A stretch of 64,000 bases of DNA, taken from assembly GCF_006345805.1 (NCBI RefSeq), contig NC_043009.1, positions 2,108,001-2,172,000 on the forward strand. The letters are read 5' to 3'. The notes beneath the pieces are model-generated. The model saw only the letters and a program-made list of their open reading frames with translations, was not told the origin of the DNA and searched no databases. This DNA comes from Octopus sinensis (taxonomy: Eukaryota). How positions within the stretch are numbered: position 1 is the stretch's first letter; every line of letters starts with the position of its first letter. Made by a program: the position numbers and the translations under genes. This document shows, piece after piece, positions 44,705 to 59,037 of the stretch.

Positions 44705-44891
44705 CACACACACACAAACAAACACATACATGCACAGGCATATGAATATGTATATATGTATGTACAATTAGGTACATATGTATATATGTATAAATATGTA
44801 TTTATATCTATATATCTATATCTATATCTATATATATATACATATATATACATGTATATAGATACTTATATATACACGTACATATAACTAT

Positions 44892-44924
<33 letters not shown>

Positions 44925-44991
44925 CATACAAACACACACATACACAAACATACTCACAAACACGCGCACACAAACACACATACATATATAC

Positions 44992-45045
<54 letters not shown>

Positions 45046-45729
45046 ATTATGAAAAAAACAGGAGAAGGTAGGAGAGTGTGCGGACGGATGGTGATCTTGA
45101 ACGGACGAGTGTGAATGAAGTGGTTGAGTCAGAAGGGGAAGAGAAATATATGTAAAAAATATAAAACAGAGGTGGAGTAGGAGAGATGGTTGGTGGGGGA
45201 CAGATATTGATTCTTGTAGCCAAAAAGAAAAGAAATGAACCCCAGCTTGTATCTAACAAAGAAACACACACACACACATATACACACGCAAACAAATACA
45301 TACATATATATACATGCATAATCCCATACATCTTGAGATTATGAAATGAAATATTTTACAACAGCAAACATAAATGAACCTACAACAAGAGAAGAAAATA
45401 GAAAACAAGATGAGAAGCCGTTGCGAAAACTTATTGAGTATTTTGAAGTGGTGTAAAGGAGATCCGAAGGGCGGAGGGGCAAAGTGATTGATAATATGAA
45501 TGAAACTAGGAGAGAGTGGCTCAGCAACAATATGGGGGCCCATTGTGTATGTCTTGTATGTAGTGTATGTGTATGTGTTTGTGTTTTTTTTTTAGGGCTA
45601 TGCTTTCGGGCCTGTGCCCTCACGCGCGCATGTGTTTTTGTATGCTTCAAAACGCAGAGAAATATACGCATATATACGTATGTATGTATGTATATATGTG
45701 TATATGTAACTATGCATATATGCCTGTAG

Positions 45730-45760
<31 letters not shown>

Positions 45761-45770
45761 CTATCATCTC

Positions 45771-45803
<33 letters not shown>

Positions 45804-45883
45804 TATATACATGCATATATCTATGTGTGTGTGCATATATTGCATATATATGAATATATGTGGTGTGAGTGTGTGTATCTATA

Positions 45884-45931
<48 letters not shown>

Positions 45932-45960
45932 TATTTACTTATATATGTGCACATATATAT

Positions 45961-45998
<38 letters not shown>

Positions 45999-46090
45999 AG
46001 TATTATATAGATATACATGTACATATTTGTGTGTGTATATATCTATATCAATACTATCTACTATCATCTATCTATCATCTATTCTATCTA

Positions 46091-46128
<38 letters not shown>

Positions 46129-46815
46129 CTACTATATATGTATACATAAGTACATGTATCTATCTACCTATCAGTCTATCTATTTGTATATATTTATGTA
46201 TTCATATATATATTATAAGGCATAAGAAAAATCGAAGAGCTGTTAAGCACTAAGAGTTTAAGGAGCCTGCAAAAAAGAGTAAAGTGTGTTGTTGCATTTT
46301 GAGAAAAAGAGAGCGAGAGAGGGAGAGAGAGAGAGAGAGGGGGGGAAGAAGGGGGTTAAAGTATGGGAAAACTAGAGAAAAAAAGGAGTAAATTCATAAA
46401 GACAAATATCCAGAATATTGGAGAAATGGAATGTGATATCTATAGATAGGTTGATAGGATAAAGCGAAACCTTAAATCTTGACTGAAAAGACATTGCGAA
46501 AAAATGTAAGATAGGCTGAGAAATTGATAGATAGGCATATAGATAAACAGATAGATAGATGGATAGATAACTAGAAATAAATTTAGTGAGAGAGTGAGAG
46601 GGGTGGGAGAAGAAAAGAGTGTAGTTAGGCGGGTATGAGAGGCAATGAAGGAGAGGAAAATATGGAATGATTCAGCATAGACGAGTTGAAGGATGTTGAA
46701 ATTTCAAAAAACCGCGGCTCCACCCATCAACCTGCTTTCAAACAGACACAGAGACAGTCACATACGCATAGACACACACAGGCTCTTCCTCTCACTCTCT
46801 CTCTCTCTCGTTCTC

Positions 46816-46847
<32 letters not shown>

Positions 46848-46962
46848 CCTATATATATAATATATATATATATAATATATATATATATATATAACTGTAT
46901 ATATATACATATTGAGTATCTATGTGTAATATTATATATACACACACAGATACCACAAGTAC

Positions 46963-47016
<54 letters not shown>

Positions 47017-47266
47017 CATATATATTCATACATATGTATACATATCTGTGTGTGTGTGCATGTATATATATATATATATATATTATATACATGTCATAAT
47101 CAAATATATATATGTACATACATATAGGCACACACGTATATATATTATAATATATATATATATATATTAATATATACACATACATATATAATCATCATAT
47201 ATGTGTATAATACACATGTTTACATACACAAAATTAAAAATTCATATATCTATCTATATGTATGTA

Positions 47267-47330
<64 letters not shown>

Positions 47331-47849
47331 GTGGATAAATTAATATGTGTGTGTGAGTGTGTATTTGTTTTAAATGCATATGCCCACTCTTTAATTGAAT
47401 GCATCATAATTTAGTCAATATTTCTCTTAAGCTTGTGCAAATCTGCTTATTTTCAACTTTGTTTAAGCTGCTGGGAATATCATGTTTAAGACCACATGGT
47501 CGGTGATCCTTTTTTTAGGCTCTTTGGCCGACCAATTACATTCAGCTACCTAGGAGGCAATTATTGCTTGAAAAATCTAGTTATTGAAATTTGTTTACTG
47601 CGACAAAGAGCGGTACGGAGCCGGGTGGGTAGTTTTTGAGATTGGGACAAGGAGGTGGGTTTCGTATTAGAACGTACTTTTTGTGTTTTTCTTTACTGTT
47701 TGTGTATTTTAAGTGTCTGTTGTTTTTCTTTGTTATTGTTTTTGGTTCTTCTTCGGTTCTTGGAGTGGTGTTGGGAATGGTTTTGTTATTGTCATTTCAT
47801 TGTGTACATGTAGACTTGCATAGATATATATATATATATATTGTATATT

Positions 47850-47925
<76 letters not shown>

Positions 47926-48369
47926 TATACATGTCTACATGTGTATATATATATATATTTGAATATATACGAATATGTATGTATATACATATATGTGTGT
48001 GTGTGTATATATATGTATGCATATATGTGTGTGTATGTATGTGTACACTTATGTGTGAATGCGTATATAAACATGCGTGTGTGTCTGTATAGAGTTTCTC
48101 CACATTGATAAACCATATTAAATATTTTTTAAAAATACATATAACTACAAATTCTCCCCCCCAAAAAATATAAACACAAAATTGATAAACAACAGCATCA
48201 ACGACATAACTTTGGTGAACAATAACGAATTTATTAGACATTAATTATTGTAAACACAACAACAACAACAACAACACTAATAACAACAGTGATATGAAAA
48301 AAATCTAATGCCAAAATGCGAAAAAATATTTACAAAATTAATTAATATAATATGACGTATTATTAGAAA

Positions 48370-48800
48370 CAAAGAATCTAAGTCTAAAAGGAATTGCGAA
48401 AATGAATGAAGAAATATTATCCATAGCAACTGAGGCTTCAAGAACACAGAGCAGATTTTGATTTTAACATTGCTATTTGCAATTACTCTAATTACTTGCT
48501 AAATGAATTGGAGGCACTTGGGGATCTGCTGTGGTGAATTTTGAAACTGGAAACAAATAGCTGTGATGATTCACTCTGTTGCTGACAAGGGACATTAGAG
48601 TATGTTTAGGAATGTAACAAAAGGGAAATTTTTATATAATAACTATTAAAAGTTAAACGGAGAATAACAACAAGTATAAGAGAAAATGAAAGACCATATT
48701 CATGGTATATGTATTAACTGACGATGGAAGATGAATATTGGTTAAATATCAAATTGGTAAATATGTACAGAAAGAAGAAACGAGCAAAGAAATAAACAAA
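48370..48800 (+). mobile_element. Probable very old R4/Dong fragment (post-RT region)
   Basis: Weak matches across frames (MIHSVADK ~ LHPKAD; KMKDHIHG ~ WKEK.LHG; GKYVQKEET ~ G.LK.ETE), preceded by (AAC)n. Confidence 0.35.
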
Positions 48801-49594
48801 CAAGAGAATCGGCAATTGAATGGCATGTTATTAATTCATAGTATCAACCAATGCATTGATATATCACATCGAGTCACAATCAGTTCAACTAAACTACGAT
48901 GCGTTTCTAAAGATTTTATCTTCCAAATGTTGATCTCATTCTAACAGCGAAGTGTCAAAATTTACTTACAGTACACAACTATAGACAGAGCGGTTACATA
49001 AACTCACACCATAAACATACGTATGTGTGTATAGATATAATACACACGCACACAACACACACACACACACACACACACACACCATATATACACAGAATAG
49101 ACGCATGGAAAAAAAGTTTTCGGTTATTGAAATATGTTCAAAGATGTGTACAATTCTACATTATTTCAAAATATTGATACAAAGATATTCAGTTTGCCAA
49201 CAGTTTCCTAATCATCAGTTTGAAGATTATGCTTTGCAGATTCTGTTGTTTTACGGTTTCAAACTTCGAAATTGTTAAGTTTGTCATGAAACAATGCAAT
49301 CCCAAACAGTTTTAACATCTGATCATTTATAGCAAAGGCACAAAATACCCGTACATTTCACGTTATCGTCAATGCTATCAATATTGAGTACTTTATCTCG
49401 ATGAGTTTTAGGAATTTGGAGTGAGTTTGAATTGATACATAATTCATGCTCATAGATACTCGCAAAAATAATTATCACTTTTTCTTTTTAAAAAAAAGTT
49501 AGAGCTGGGAATAAAATGATTATTTTCAACTCTTTGTTCCTCAGCTGCAAGCAAATAGCAGACGAAATCTACCAATCGGCATGCTATTATGTTT

Positions 49595-49906
49595 TTATTT
49601 AGGCGCCCTTTTCAAGTCTAGCCAGGCTCATGGGTCCGGTTTGCCGGGTTTCTGTGGCGTATGTGCTCCCCCCAACTGGACGGGACACCTGTCCATCGCA
49701 GCGTTACTCAAGAAACAGGAAGAAAGAGTGAGAGAAAGATGGGGTGAACGTGTAAAACATGAGTCGCCACCACCCCCTGCCGGAGCCTCGTGGGGCTTTA
49801 GATGTTTTCGCTCAATAAACATACACAACGCCCGGTCTGGGAATCGAAACCGCGATCCTCCGACCGCGAGTCCGTTGCCCTAACCACTGGGCCATTGCGC
49901 CTCCAC
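49595..49906 (-). mobile_element. Group C SINE variant with a different central domain
   Basis: tRNA-like head GTGGAGGCGCAATGGCCCAGTGGTTAGGG..TTCGATTCCC, and the same 3' ~100 bp as 39511-39749. Confidence 0.85.
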
Positions 49907-50533
49907 ATCAGCATGTTATTACTAAACTGCACCTAAAGTTTTCAGGAGTTTTAGTAAGGATTTTCACATTCTCGCATGTTCAAACTCCTTAAAATATATT
50001 AGCACTGCTAAGAGACTATGATTAACTGCCATAACATTTGAAGTCCACATCTTCAAAACTGAAGGTCTTCTTGTAGCGCCCTTTATGCAAACAGCAGTGT
50101 ACGCCTAATTTAAGAACAAAATTTTTTCCTGCTTTCTAATTTCGAAACCAAGACTGAATAATTTTCTAAGAACCATTACGATAAAATACTTATTTTTCCC
50201 AGAGAACAAGAGCATCATAAAATTGCTGCTTACGTAGGAAATTTCAATATGAAGTACACAATATCTTTTTCAGAAGAAATGGACATCACATGACATATAG
50301 TTTTTGGATTTGACCAAAGTGTGTCAGCTAGCCATGAATGTTAAATGGCCGGAAAATCGTATATGAATCATTGTTTACTGTATATTTTCGTGATGCAAGG
50401 CACATTGGACGGTGTTGTCAGCGAGAATGCCTATCAACAAACACGTTCCGGTATAGTATACTTGTATACTATATGTTTTTGTGTACTACTATTAGTTTCA
50501 TGTGTTGGGAGTATGTCAGAGAGTGTTTTTAAC

Positions 50534-51320
50534 ACACCAGGTATCCTAGGACAATCATCAGACACTGCCCATAAGGCATAACTAACTAAAAATGGGACGA
50601 TAGGATGAGAGAAAAAGTGAGAAAAGGGGAGAAAGCAGTATATATGAAAGGTGGAAATTTGAAAAACCGGGAAATCTTTATATATAAAAGTGAAGTTATG
50701 TGTCTGTCTCCTACGATTTGGATTCCTAACTACTCCCACATTTTGCGGTGCAGTTTAACCAAAACTGGGTATCTTATAGTCGTGATTCATATCGAGCCCT
50801 TCTGGGTATTAGCGCGCGTCTACGATGAGTCTACGATTTAAAAAAAAATTACCATAATTTTTTTCCATTTTAATGCATTTTTTCGCTATTATATAAGGGA
50901 AGTAACTCTAAAAATGTCTACGATGAGTCAACGATTTAAAAAAAAATTACCATCATTTTTTTCCATTTTTAATGCATTTTTTTGCTATTTTTGGCTATAA
51001 CTCTCTAAAAATGCTTATATAGTTATTTCCCTTACAAACCCGAGCAACGCCGGGCGATACTGCTAGTGAAAAATAAAACAGAAACAGCCCCTATCTTTTT
51101 CAGCACTATATTCTCAGTCTTATAAGGGGAAGTAACACTTAACCTCACCACCATTTTGCTTCTTTCTCTTTTCATATTTCGTTTTCGAATTTTTCAGCCT
51201 GCCACCTTTTATGTCTACTTCATTCTCGCATTCTCTCACTTTTTCTCTAATCCTGTCGTCTCATTTTTAATTCATTATGCTATGCAAGCAGTGCCAGATA
51301 ATTGTGGTCGGACACCAGAC
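50534..51320. repeat. Old long inverted repeat (arms ~50534-50674 and ~51175-51320), probable MITE/foldback
   Basis: Arms align by eye, e.g. AAAAATGGGACGATAGGATGAGAGAAAAAGTGAGA vs AAAAATGAGACGACAGGATTAGAGAAAAAGTGAGA. Confidence 0.7.
50675..51066 (+). mobile_element. Complete non-autonomous Helitron
   Basis: A|TCTTTATATATAAAAG start, CCCG-AGCAACGC-CGGG hairpin at 51039-51054, CTAG|T end, no TSD, internal ~98-bp tandem duplication. Confidence 0.88.
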
Positions 51321-51576
51321 CAGTTACAAAGTTACTGTCGGCTGATGCTCGCATAAAACATATCGTGTTTATTAAATAATACTTGTATCTCAGCAGATGG
51401 GGTACTTTGTTTTGTTGATCTTACAATCACGGCACAGTACACTATATATCTATATATTTGTGTGCATCTGCGTGTATGTGTATGTGTGTGTGCGTGCGTG
51501 CATATATTAGATAATACTTATGTCTCACCAGATGGAATTATTTCTTTGTTGATCTTATCATCACGGCACAGTACAC

Positions 51577-51627
<51 letters not shown>

Positions 51628-51912
51628 TGTGTGTGTGTGTGTGTGTTTGTGTGTGCATGTGTGTATACACTATATTTATATATAAACAAGAGACCTTTAT
51701 CAAATTATTTCGTAACTTCGATTTCGGAAAAAAGTGTGCAACCTTCGACGCCCAGAAGTGGTTATGTTTGTTGAACATACACAGCCCAGTTTTTGTTGTG
51801 TATTTTTATACCTGTCACGGATTGCTCGAAGATTACTAACTTCATACAGTTGGTCCTATGGACCTTACCTTTGTATGTTTGTGTGTGTATATATATATAA
51901 TATATATAAATG

Positions 51913-51983
<71 letters not shown>

Positions 51984-53318
51984 CATACACACATACGCAA
52001 CACATAAGCATTCGAAACTACACGTGAGGAGCATAAGAAGCTTACTTCTAAAGACCTTGATCTGTAAGTCGTCTTCAGCTTTGTGGTATATTACAGGTAA
52101 GTGCCAGCACGGAGATAATGCGCAACGGTAGATGGTGGAATGAGATCTGCATTGAAATGTTTGCTGTGATTACCCACGAGGAATTCAAAGCTCATCTTGA
52201 ACGGTTCCCCACCGATAAATCCTGCAGTAAAGAAAGCAGGACCGAAGAAAATTCGACTGTTGTAGTAGAGAGGATTATTCTATTCCTATATGTATGCGAA
52301 GAGGCATGAATTGAAGCAGCGAACGAAGAAATTCGGCAGCAGAGAACTGTAGAAGTAGTGAATATAACAGCAGGACCAAGAAATTGGTTATGTTCCAGTT
52401 GGAAATCATTGGAAAGCTAGAACATAAGAGGCAAACTGTCAGATGAACAGCATGAGAAAATAGAAGAGGTTGATAAAAAATGAAAAATTACAGAAACAGA
52501 AAACAAAAACAAAAGCAAAAATGGACGACACCGACCGAAATGAAATACAGGTAAATAAGAGCATTTTGCTTGGATTGCGTTTGGCAAGTTAATGAATGTT
52601 GTAAATCAGTGATTTTGAAGATGAGTATCACTCTGCTCATCAAATACGTGTGAGATATTTGATACATCACGTCCCTTTATTACTTAGATGACAAAATAGG
52701 TTTGTGCATCCATATACGCCATGGAGTTTGACAGCTCAAAATAATGAAAATCAACTGAATTTTGTTGATCATACCAATTTATCTGCCATTCCTCAATCCT
52801 CTAATATTCTTCCCGTAAAAAATGTGCTCCCCCCAGCTAAGCGACCTCAAAGAAGACGAAAGTTATACTTGAGATTGCGGTGGAGGTAGGATCCACTTTA
52901 AAAAATAGTTGGATGATATGATTTTGATAAGGAAAGTTCTTTTGCACTCATAAGTATGTGCAATTTCGAGGATATGGGATGCTTCTGAATGTAAGGTTAC
53001 TTTCGTAAATACCAGACTGAAATACGCACAACGGAAGGCGGTCTGTGTTTTGAGGTGTATTGTTTTATATAGGTGGCTCCTTTTCACACCTGTAATGTCG
53101 AATTGCCAACGTTCGTATTTATATTTACACTCACACACATGCTGTACTGCGGGATGCTTTTTATCTAATAAAAACATACTCACTGAGTGGCTACTGGGAG
53201 AAAAGAATCTCCCAGGATGCAACCAAATTATTTTCAACACAATTTAACCAAAACAAATACAGAAATAAGTATATTTATCAAAGAATCATACAAAGTATCT
53301 ATCTATCTATCTATCCTA

Positions 53319-53353
<35 letters not shown>

Positions 53354-53380
53354 ATCTATCTATCTATCTATCTATCTATC

Positions 53381-53412
<32 letters not shown>

Positions 53413-53413
53413 C

Positions 53414-53613
53414 CCACCATCAAGATCCGGGTTCAGTTCCACTGCGCGGCACCTTGACCAAGTGTCTACTACTATAAGGTCGGGCAAACCAAAGCTTTTT
53501 GAGTGGGTTTGGTAGACGGAAACTGAAAGAAGTTCGTCTTGTATACATACATACATGCATACATACATACATACATACATGCAGCATACATACATACATA
53601 CATACATATATAC

Positions 53614-53688
<75 letters not shown>

Positions 53689-55524
53689 ATATTAAGATGT
53701 GAGGACCGAAATCCTTCAAAGGGATGTATTATATTATATATATATATATTTGTGGTTCTATGTATCTTTATATCTGTGTCTCCCCCTACCGCTTGACGCT
53801 CGGTGTTTGTGTGTTTATGTCCGTTCAAAGTAGCGGTTCGGCCAAAGATATCAATAGAATAAATACCGCGCTTTAAAAAAATTATAAATACTGGGGTCAC
53901 GTCCTTGCCCCAGCATGGCCGAAGACAAAATGACGAAAGCAAGGAGAAGAAAAAAGATTGGTTTCGCGCTCCGTAAGATTGATGCGGAAAACGAATCTTT
54001 CCAGTAAGTTTGTAATCAGTTATATACCATAAGCAATAATATACAAATTGACAATATAAAAGCACATCCGTTCAGTTCCGTTTATTACAGAGTTTTTCTG
54101 ACTAATGCAAAACTATTAGGCGTGTGTAGTAAGAAGCTTGCTTTCAAACCACACGGTTCAGGGTTCATTCCCACTACGTGACACCTTGCGTAAGTGTATT
54201 CTACTATAGCCTCGGGGCGACCAAAGCTTTGTGAGTGAATTTGGTAGACGGAAACTGAAAGAAGCCCGTCGCATATGTATATGCATGTATCTATGTGCGT
54301 ATGTCTGTGTGTATATATGTATGTATGTGTGTATGTCTATGGTGTGTTTATGACCCCGTAACTTAGCGGTTCGGCAAAAGTGTTCGACAGAAAAATTACT
54401 GGGTACGATACATTCGGGTACGAATTTTTCAAGCTTGGCCGCAGGCTAATGGGTGAATAAGTAAAAGATAAAAGTTAAACGCTATTTATATACATGAGTG
54501 GCTGTGTGGTAAGTAGCTTGCTTACCAACCACATGGGTCCGGGTTCAGACACTGCGTGACACCTTGGGCAAGTGTCTAATACTATAGCGTCGGGCCGACC
54601 AAAGCCTTGTGAGTGTGAGTGGATTTGGTAGACGGAAACTTAAAGAAGCCTGACGTATATATGTAATATATATATATATATATATATATATGTTTGTGTG
54701 TCTGTGTTTGTCACCCTAACGTCGCTTGAGATCCGTTGGTGGTGCGTTCCCGTCCCCGTAAAGTAGCGGTTCAGCAAAAGAACCGAGAGAATAAGTACTA
54801 GGCTTACAAAAAACAAGCCCTGGGGTCGATCTGCTCGACTAAAGGCGGTGCTCCAGCATGGCTGTAGTCAAATGACTGAAACAAGTAAAAGAGTTAAAAA
54901 AGTATATCTAAATATCGGTGCTCCAGCATGGCCGCAGTCAAATGACTGAAACAAGTAAAAGAGTATATATATATATACAGAGAGAGAGAGACAGACAGAC
55001 AGTGAGAGAGAAAAAAACAGAGAGAGAGAAAGAGAGTGAGAAAGAGAGAGACATTCACACAAACGCACGACCATACATGCATGCACACACCTAAATTTCT
55101 GATATCATCGGGGCAGAGTTAAAGATATCACAATGAGCTATAAATGGTACAGCAACTCAGGCCTTTTAAATCTTGAAAATTGAAAACAGAATTTGCATAT
55201 TCAGAAATGAAATACTCAAAATCAGGTCCGATCTGTAGTTAACAATGAAGCCCCAAATATTGCAAGGTTTCTGATGATGCGAAACGAAGTTAATTACATA
55301 TTTGGAACAAAGCAAATGAACGACTCGCTGTTCTTTCATCAGCGAAACCTTAGTCGTGAATCTTATAACCTCTACAATTACTTAGTTCATACGTTGATGT
55401 TTTGATCTTGATTGTATGAAAGATTCCGACTGTGAGCAAAGTGACGACAAGTATTAAACATTATTGTCGTTGACGTGTGTGTGTGTGCGTGAGTATTTAT
55501 AGGTATATAGATATATGTATTTGC

Positions 55525-55612
<88 letters not shown>

Positions 55613-55960
55613 TGTGGTGGGTGTGTGGTAAGAAGATTACTTCTCAAACCGGATGGTTCTGGGTACAGTCCCGCTGCGTGGCACCTTGGGCAAGTGTCTT
55701 CTGCTATAGTCTCGGTTCGTCCAAAGCCTTGTGAGTGGATGATCTGGTAGACGGAAACTGAAAGAAGCCCGTCGTATATATATATAGGTGCAGGAGTGGC
55801 TGTGTGATAAGTAGCTTGCTTACCAACCACATGGTTCCAGGTTCAGTACCACTGCGCGGAACCTTGGGCAAGTGTCTTCTGCTATAGCCCCGGGCCAACC
55901 AATGCCTTGTAAGTGGATTTGGTAGACAGAAACGAAAGAAGTCCGTCGTATATATGTGTG

Positions 55961-56030
<70 letters not shown>

Positions 56031-56480
56031 TGTGTATGTTTGTGTTTCTGTATTTGTCCCCCCAACATCGCTTGACAACCGATGCTGGTGTGTTTACGTT
56101 CACGTAAACTAGCGGTTCGGTAAATCAGACCGATAGAATAATTACTAGGCTTACAAAGAATAGGTCCCGCAGTCGATTTGCTGGACTAAAGGCGGTGCTC
56201 CAGCATGGCCGCAGTCAAATGACTGAAACAAGTACAAGAGTAAAAGAGTATATATGTATGCACACAAACGCGCGCACACACACATACGTACGCGCACACA
56301 CAAGCATATATATGACACGCTTTCCAAAGTGTTCCGTCTACTAAACTCACTAATAATGCATTGGTCAACTCAGGCATAAAGTAAAGAAAAAAATACTTGT
56401 TCAAGGTGCAACGTAGTGAGATTGAACCCGAAACCGGTAAATTGCAAAGGGAGCTTCTTAACCACAAAATCATGCTTATA
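53414..56480 (+). mobile_element. Cluster of about 7 group B SINE copies/fragments (53414-53950, 54119-54474, 54496-54894, 54916-54965, 55608-55785, 55787-56250 on plus; ~56300-56480 on minus)
   Basis: Repeated head, CORE-like block and tail read directly. Confidence 0.9.
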
Positions 56481-56567
56481 CGTTCTTCGGTCGATATAAT
56501 CAATTACCCCCCTCCACCCAAATTTGGGCCTTGTGCCTATAGTAGAATGCATTAGTGTCGGTGAATA

Positions 56568-56720
56568 AGCGGCGAGCTGGCAGAATAATTAGCGCAGCGG
56601 ACAAAATGATCAGCGGAATTTCCTCTGTCCTTACGTTCTGAGTTCAAATTCCGCCGAGGTCGACTTTGCTTTTCATCCTTTCGGGATCGATAAATTAAGC
56701 ACCAGTTGTTTACTGGGGTC
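56568..56720 (+). mobile_element. Group A SINE truncated by the assembly gap
   Basis: GCGGCGAGCTGGCAGAAT..GAGGTCGACTTTGCTTTTCATCCTTTCGGG. Confidence 0.9.
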
Positions 56721-56820
56721 NNNNNNNNNNNNNNNNNNNNNNNNNNNNNNNNNNNNNNNNNNNNNNNNNNNNNNNNNNNNNNNNNNNNNNNNNNNNNNNN
56801 NNNNNNNNNNNNNNNNNNNN
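56721..56820. other. Scaffold gap (100 N)
   Basis: Direct reading. Confidence 1.
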
Positions 56821-56823
56821 ATC

Positions 56824-56860
<37 letters not shown>

Positions 56861-57774
56861 ATACATGCACACGCATGCACACACACACAAACACGACACC
56901 ACACATGCATTGCATATACATGGTCTGCCCAGAAACCAGACCAACGCACACGATTCCTGCTCGTTCGTTTTTCTTCTCAGATGTTTCTTTCGTTGGTTGT
57001 TAATCAGTGAAGTCGCTTAGAGAATGAGCAGCAAACACCGATGTTTGTTTTGTCTCACCATGTATTAGTTCAGTGTTACGTTTCCACGTCCCTCGCTATC
57101 GCTAACCAACCGCTTACACTTTATGAAATATCTTACAGCATTTGTTTGTTGACGCTGCCTAAGCCTCTCTCTATCCTTTTACCCTCTTGCTCATTTATGC
57201 TTTCTCTGTGTGTGAGTGTCTCTGTGAGGAGACTCTCTCTCTCTCTCTCTCTCTCGATTGTTTTGATGCTCCCACTCTGTCTCTTCTATCCATGATCTAT
57301 GTCTCGTTTACCGATTTTTGGTTCTTTCGATTTCGTCTTCATTTCCAATCAAACTTGACGGTGCTGATGATCATGTGACATATAGTAGAACCATAAAGTT
57401 ATTGGTAGTGACTATAACAACTTATTTGGTTGCTACTGTAGTTATTGTTGTTGTTGTTGTTCTCCTTCTTCTTCGTCTTCTCATTATTATTACTATTATT
57501 ATTATTCAGTAGTTTTATTTTTATAGCGTGCTTTCACTTCACTACCGAGCACAGCTCTGTGTGACTTGGGTATGTGCTGTGGTTTGCTGTGATGCTCTGA
57601 TGGTTATTGTATGGAAAGTGCTTTGCGTAGGATGTGTGCAGTGCCCAGTAGTGCAATTTTCTGTATGTTATATATATTCCTTCTTAGACAGGACTGGTCA
57701 GCCAGAGATAATGATTTATTGTTTCTTGTCCATCTCCATATATTTTGCAGTTACTTGTTATGCTTCTTTCATTA

Positions 57775-57805
<31 letters not shown>

Positions 57806-57837
57806 GTTGTTGTTGTTGTTGTTGTTGCAGCTGCTGC

Positions 57838-57869
<32 letters not shown>

Positions 57870-57904
57870 TGTTGTTGTTGTTACTATTGTAATTATAGGA
57901 TACT

Positions 57905-58060
57905 CTCAGTTCATTGCGTTCTGAGTTCAATTCCCGCGAAGAACAAATCTGCCTTTCATTCTTTCGATATCCGTAAGATAAAGGTACCAGTCAAATACTT
58001 GGGGCCAATGTAAACGACTTCACCATCCTCTAAAAAATTACTGGTCCTGTGCCATAATTA
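57905..58060 (+). mobile_element. Group A SINE 3' part after an (ATT/GTT)n array
   Basis: CGTTCTGAGTTCAATTCCCGC..TGCCTTTCATTCTTTCG..TACCAG..TGGGG. Confidence 0.75.
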
Positions 58061-59037
58061 GAAAAAAAAATGTTTTAGAAATACGATGGAAACACAATTG
58101 TACAATACCGATCACATTGATGACACTGATGAGGCTGCAAATCACAATGATAATGCTTCTCCTGGCTACTGACTATGATTTTTGATGTTGATAAGACAGT
58201 TGACCTATTTCGTTTATGGAAGCACGATTATGTCAATACTGCCATTTACGTTAATACCAGTATTTCATGTATTGTTTTTGTATTAATTTTTGTCCTGTCT
58301 ACGTCTGAAGTTTGATTAGAGTTCAGAGCAAAGATTACTGAATATATTAGTGGAGTGACAGTCTTTTTTTTTTTGAGTTTGATTTTTTTGTTTTTCAGAG
58401 AAAAAATACTGAAGTTCTCTGAGACTTTAAAATAGCTTATATCTCAAGTGAGTTATTGTACAGAATCCCCCTCGACCACACACACACACATGCAGACGCC
58501 TCTCCGCAAAGATAGCACCCCACCCACTTATTTACAATATGTCAAGTATATCATGCTAATTCGATTTTCCTCTGAGCGTTCCTCTTCGTATTACTGTTTC
58601 TTAACTCTTTTGCTTTATCGTCGTCAGTTGTAAATACCACGGCATTATATACATGCTACAGCTCTGAAGATACACCACAAACGATCGCGCGCAACACACA
58701 GACGATCGCGCGCACACACAGACACCTACACACACCACACACCACACATATATATATATATATTTGTGTGTAATACTTCGGCATTTACACACATGATATT
58801 ATATATAATATATAATATATATATATATATGTATATGTATATTTCTGTATAATTATTGTATATGTATTTATAGATATATGTATATATATTATATATATAT
58901 CTATAGATATAATATATATTATATTACATATATTATATATGTGTGTGTGTGTGTGTTTGCGTGTGTTTGTGTGTGGGAGGGTATGTGTTCGTGTGTCTGT
59001 ATATAAACAAAGAACGTTGATGACTTCATATATATTA

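Noticed and set aside
52100-52460. Exon candidates (GFIGGEPFKMSFEFLV or ...QDEL* on the minus strand)
   Set aside because: Several mutually exclusive readings exist; the plus frame WWNEI..FKAHLERF also resembles a CR1/L2 C-terminus. Unresolved.
52700-52885. 186-nt open plus-strand exon candidate
   Set aside because: The acceptor has no pyrimidine tract, there is an overlapping minus ORF, and no homology was recognised.
55263-55352. CTGATGA-TGC-GAAAC-GAA-GTT and an imperfect ~90-nt hairpin
   Set aside because: There is no stem II, stem I is weak, and the hairpin is too bulged for a pre-miRNA.
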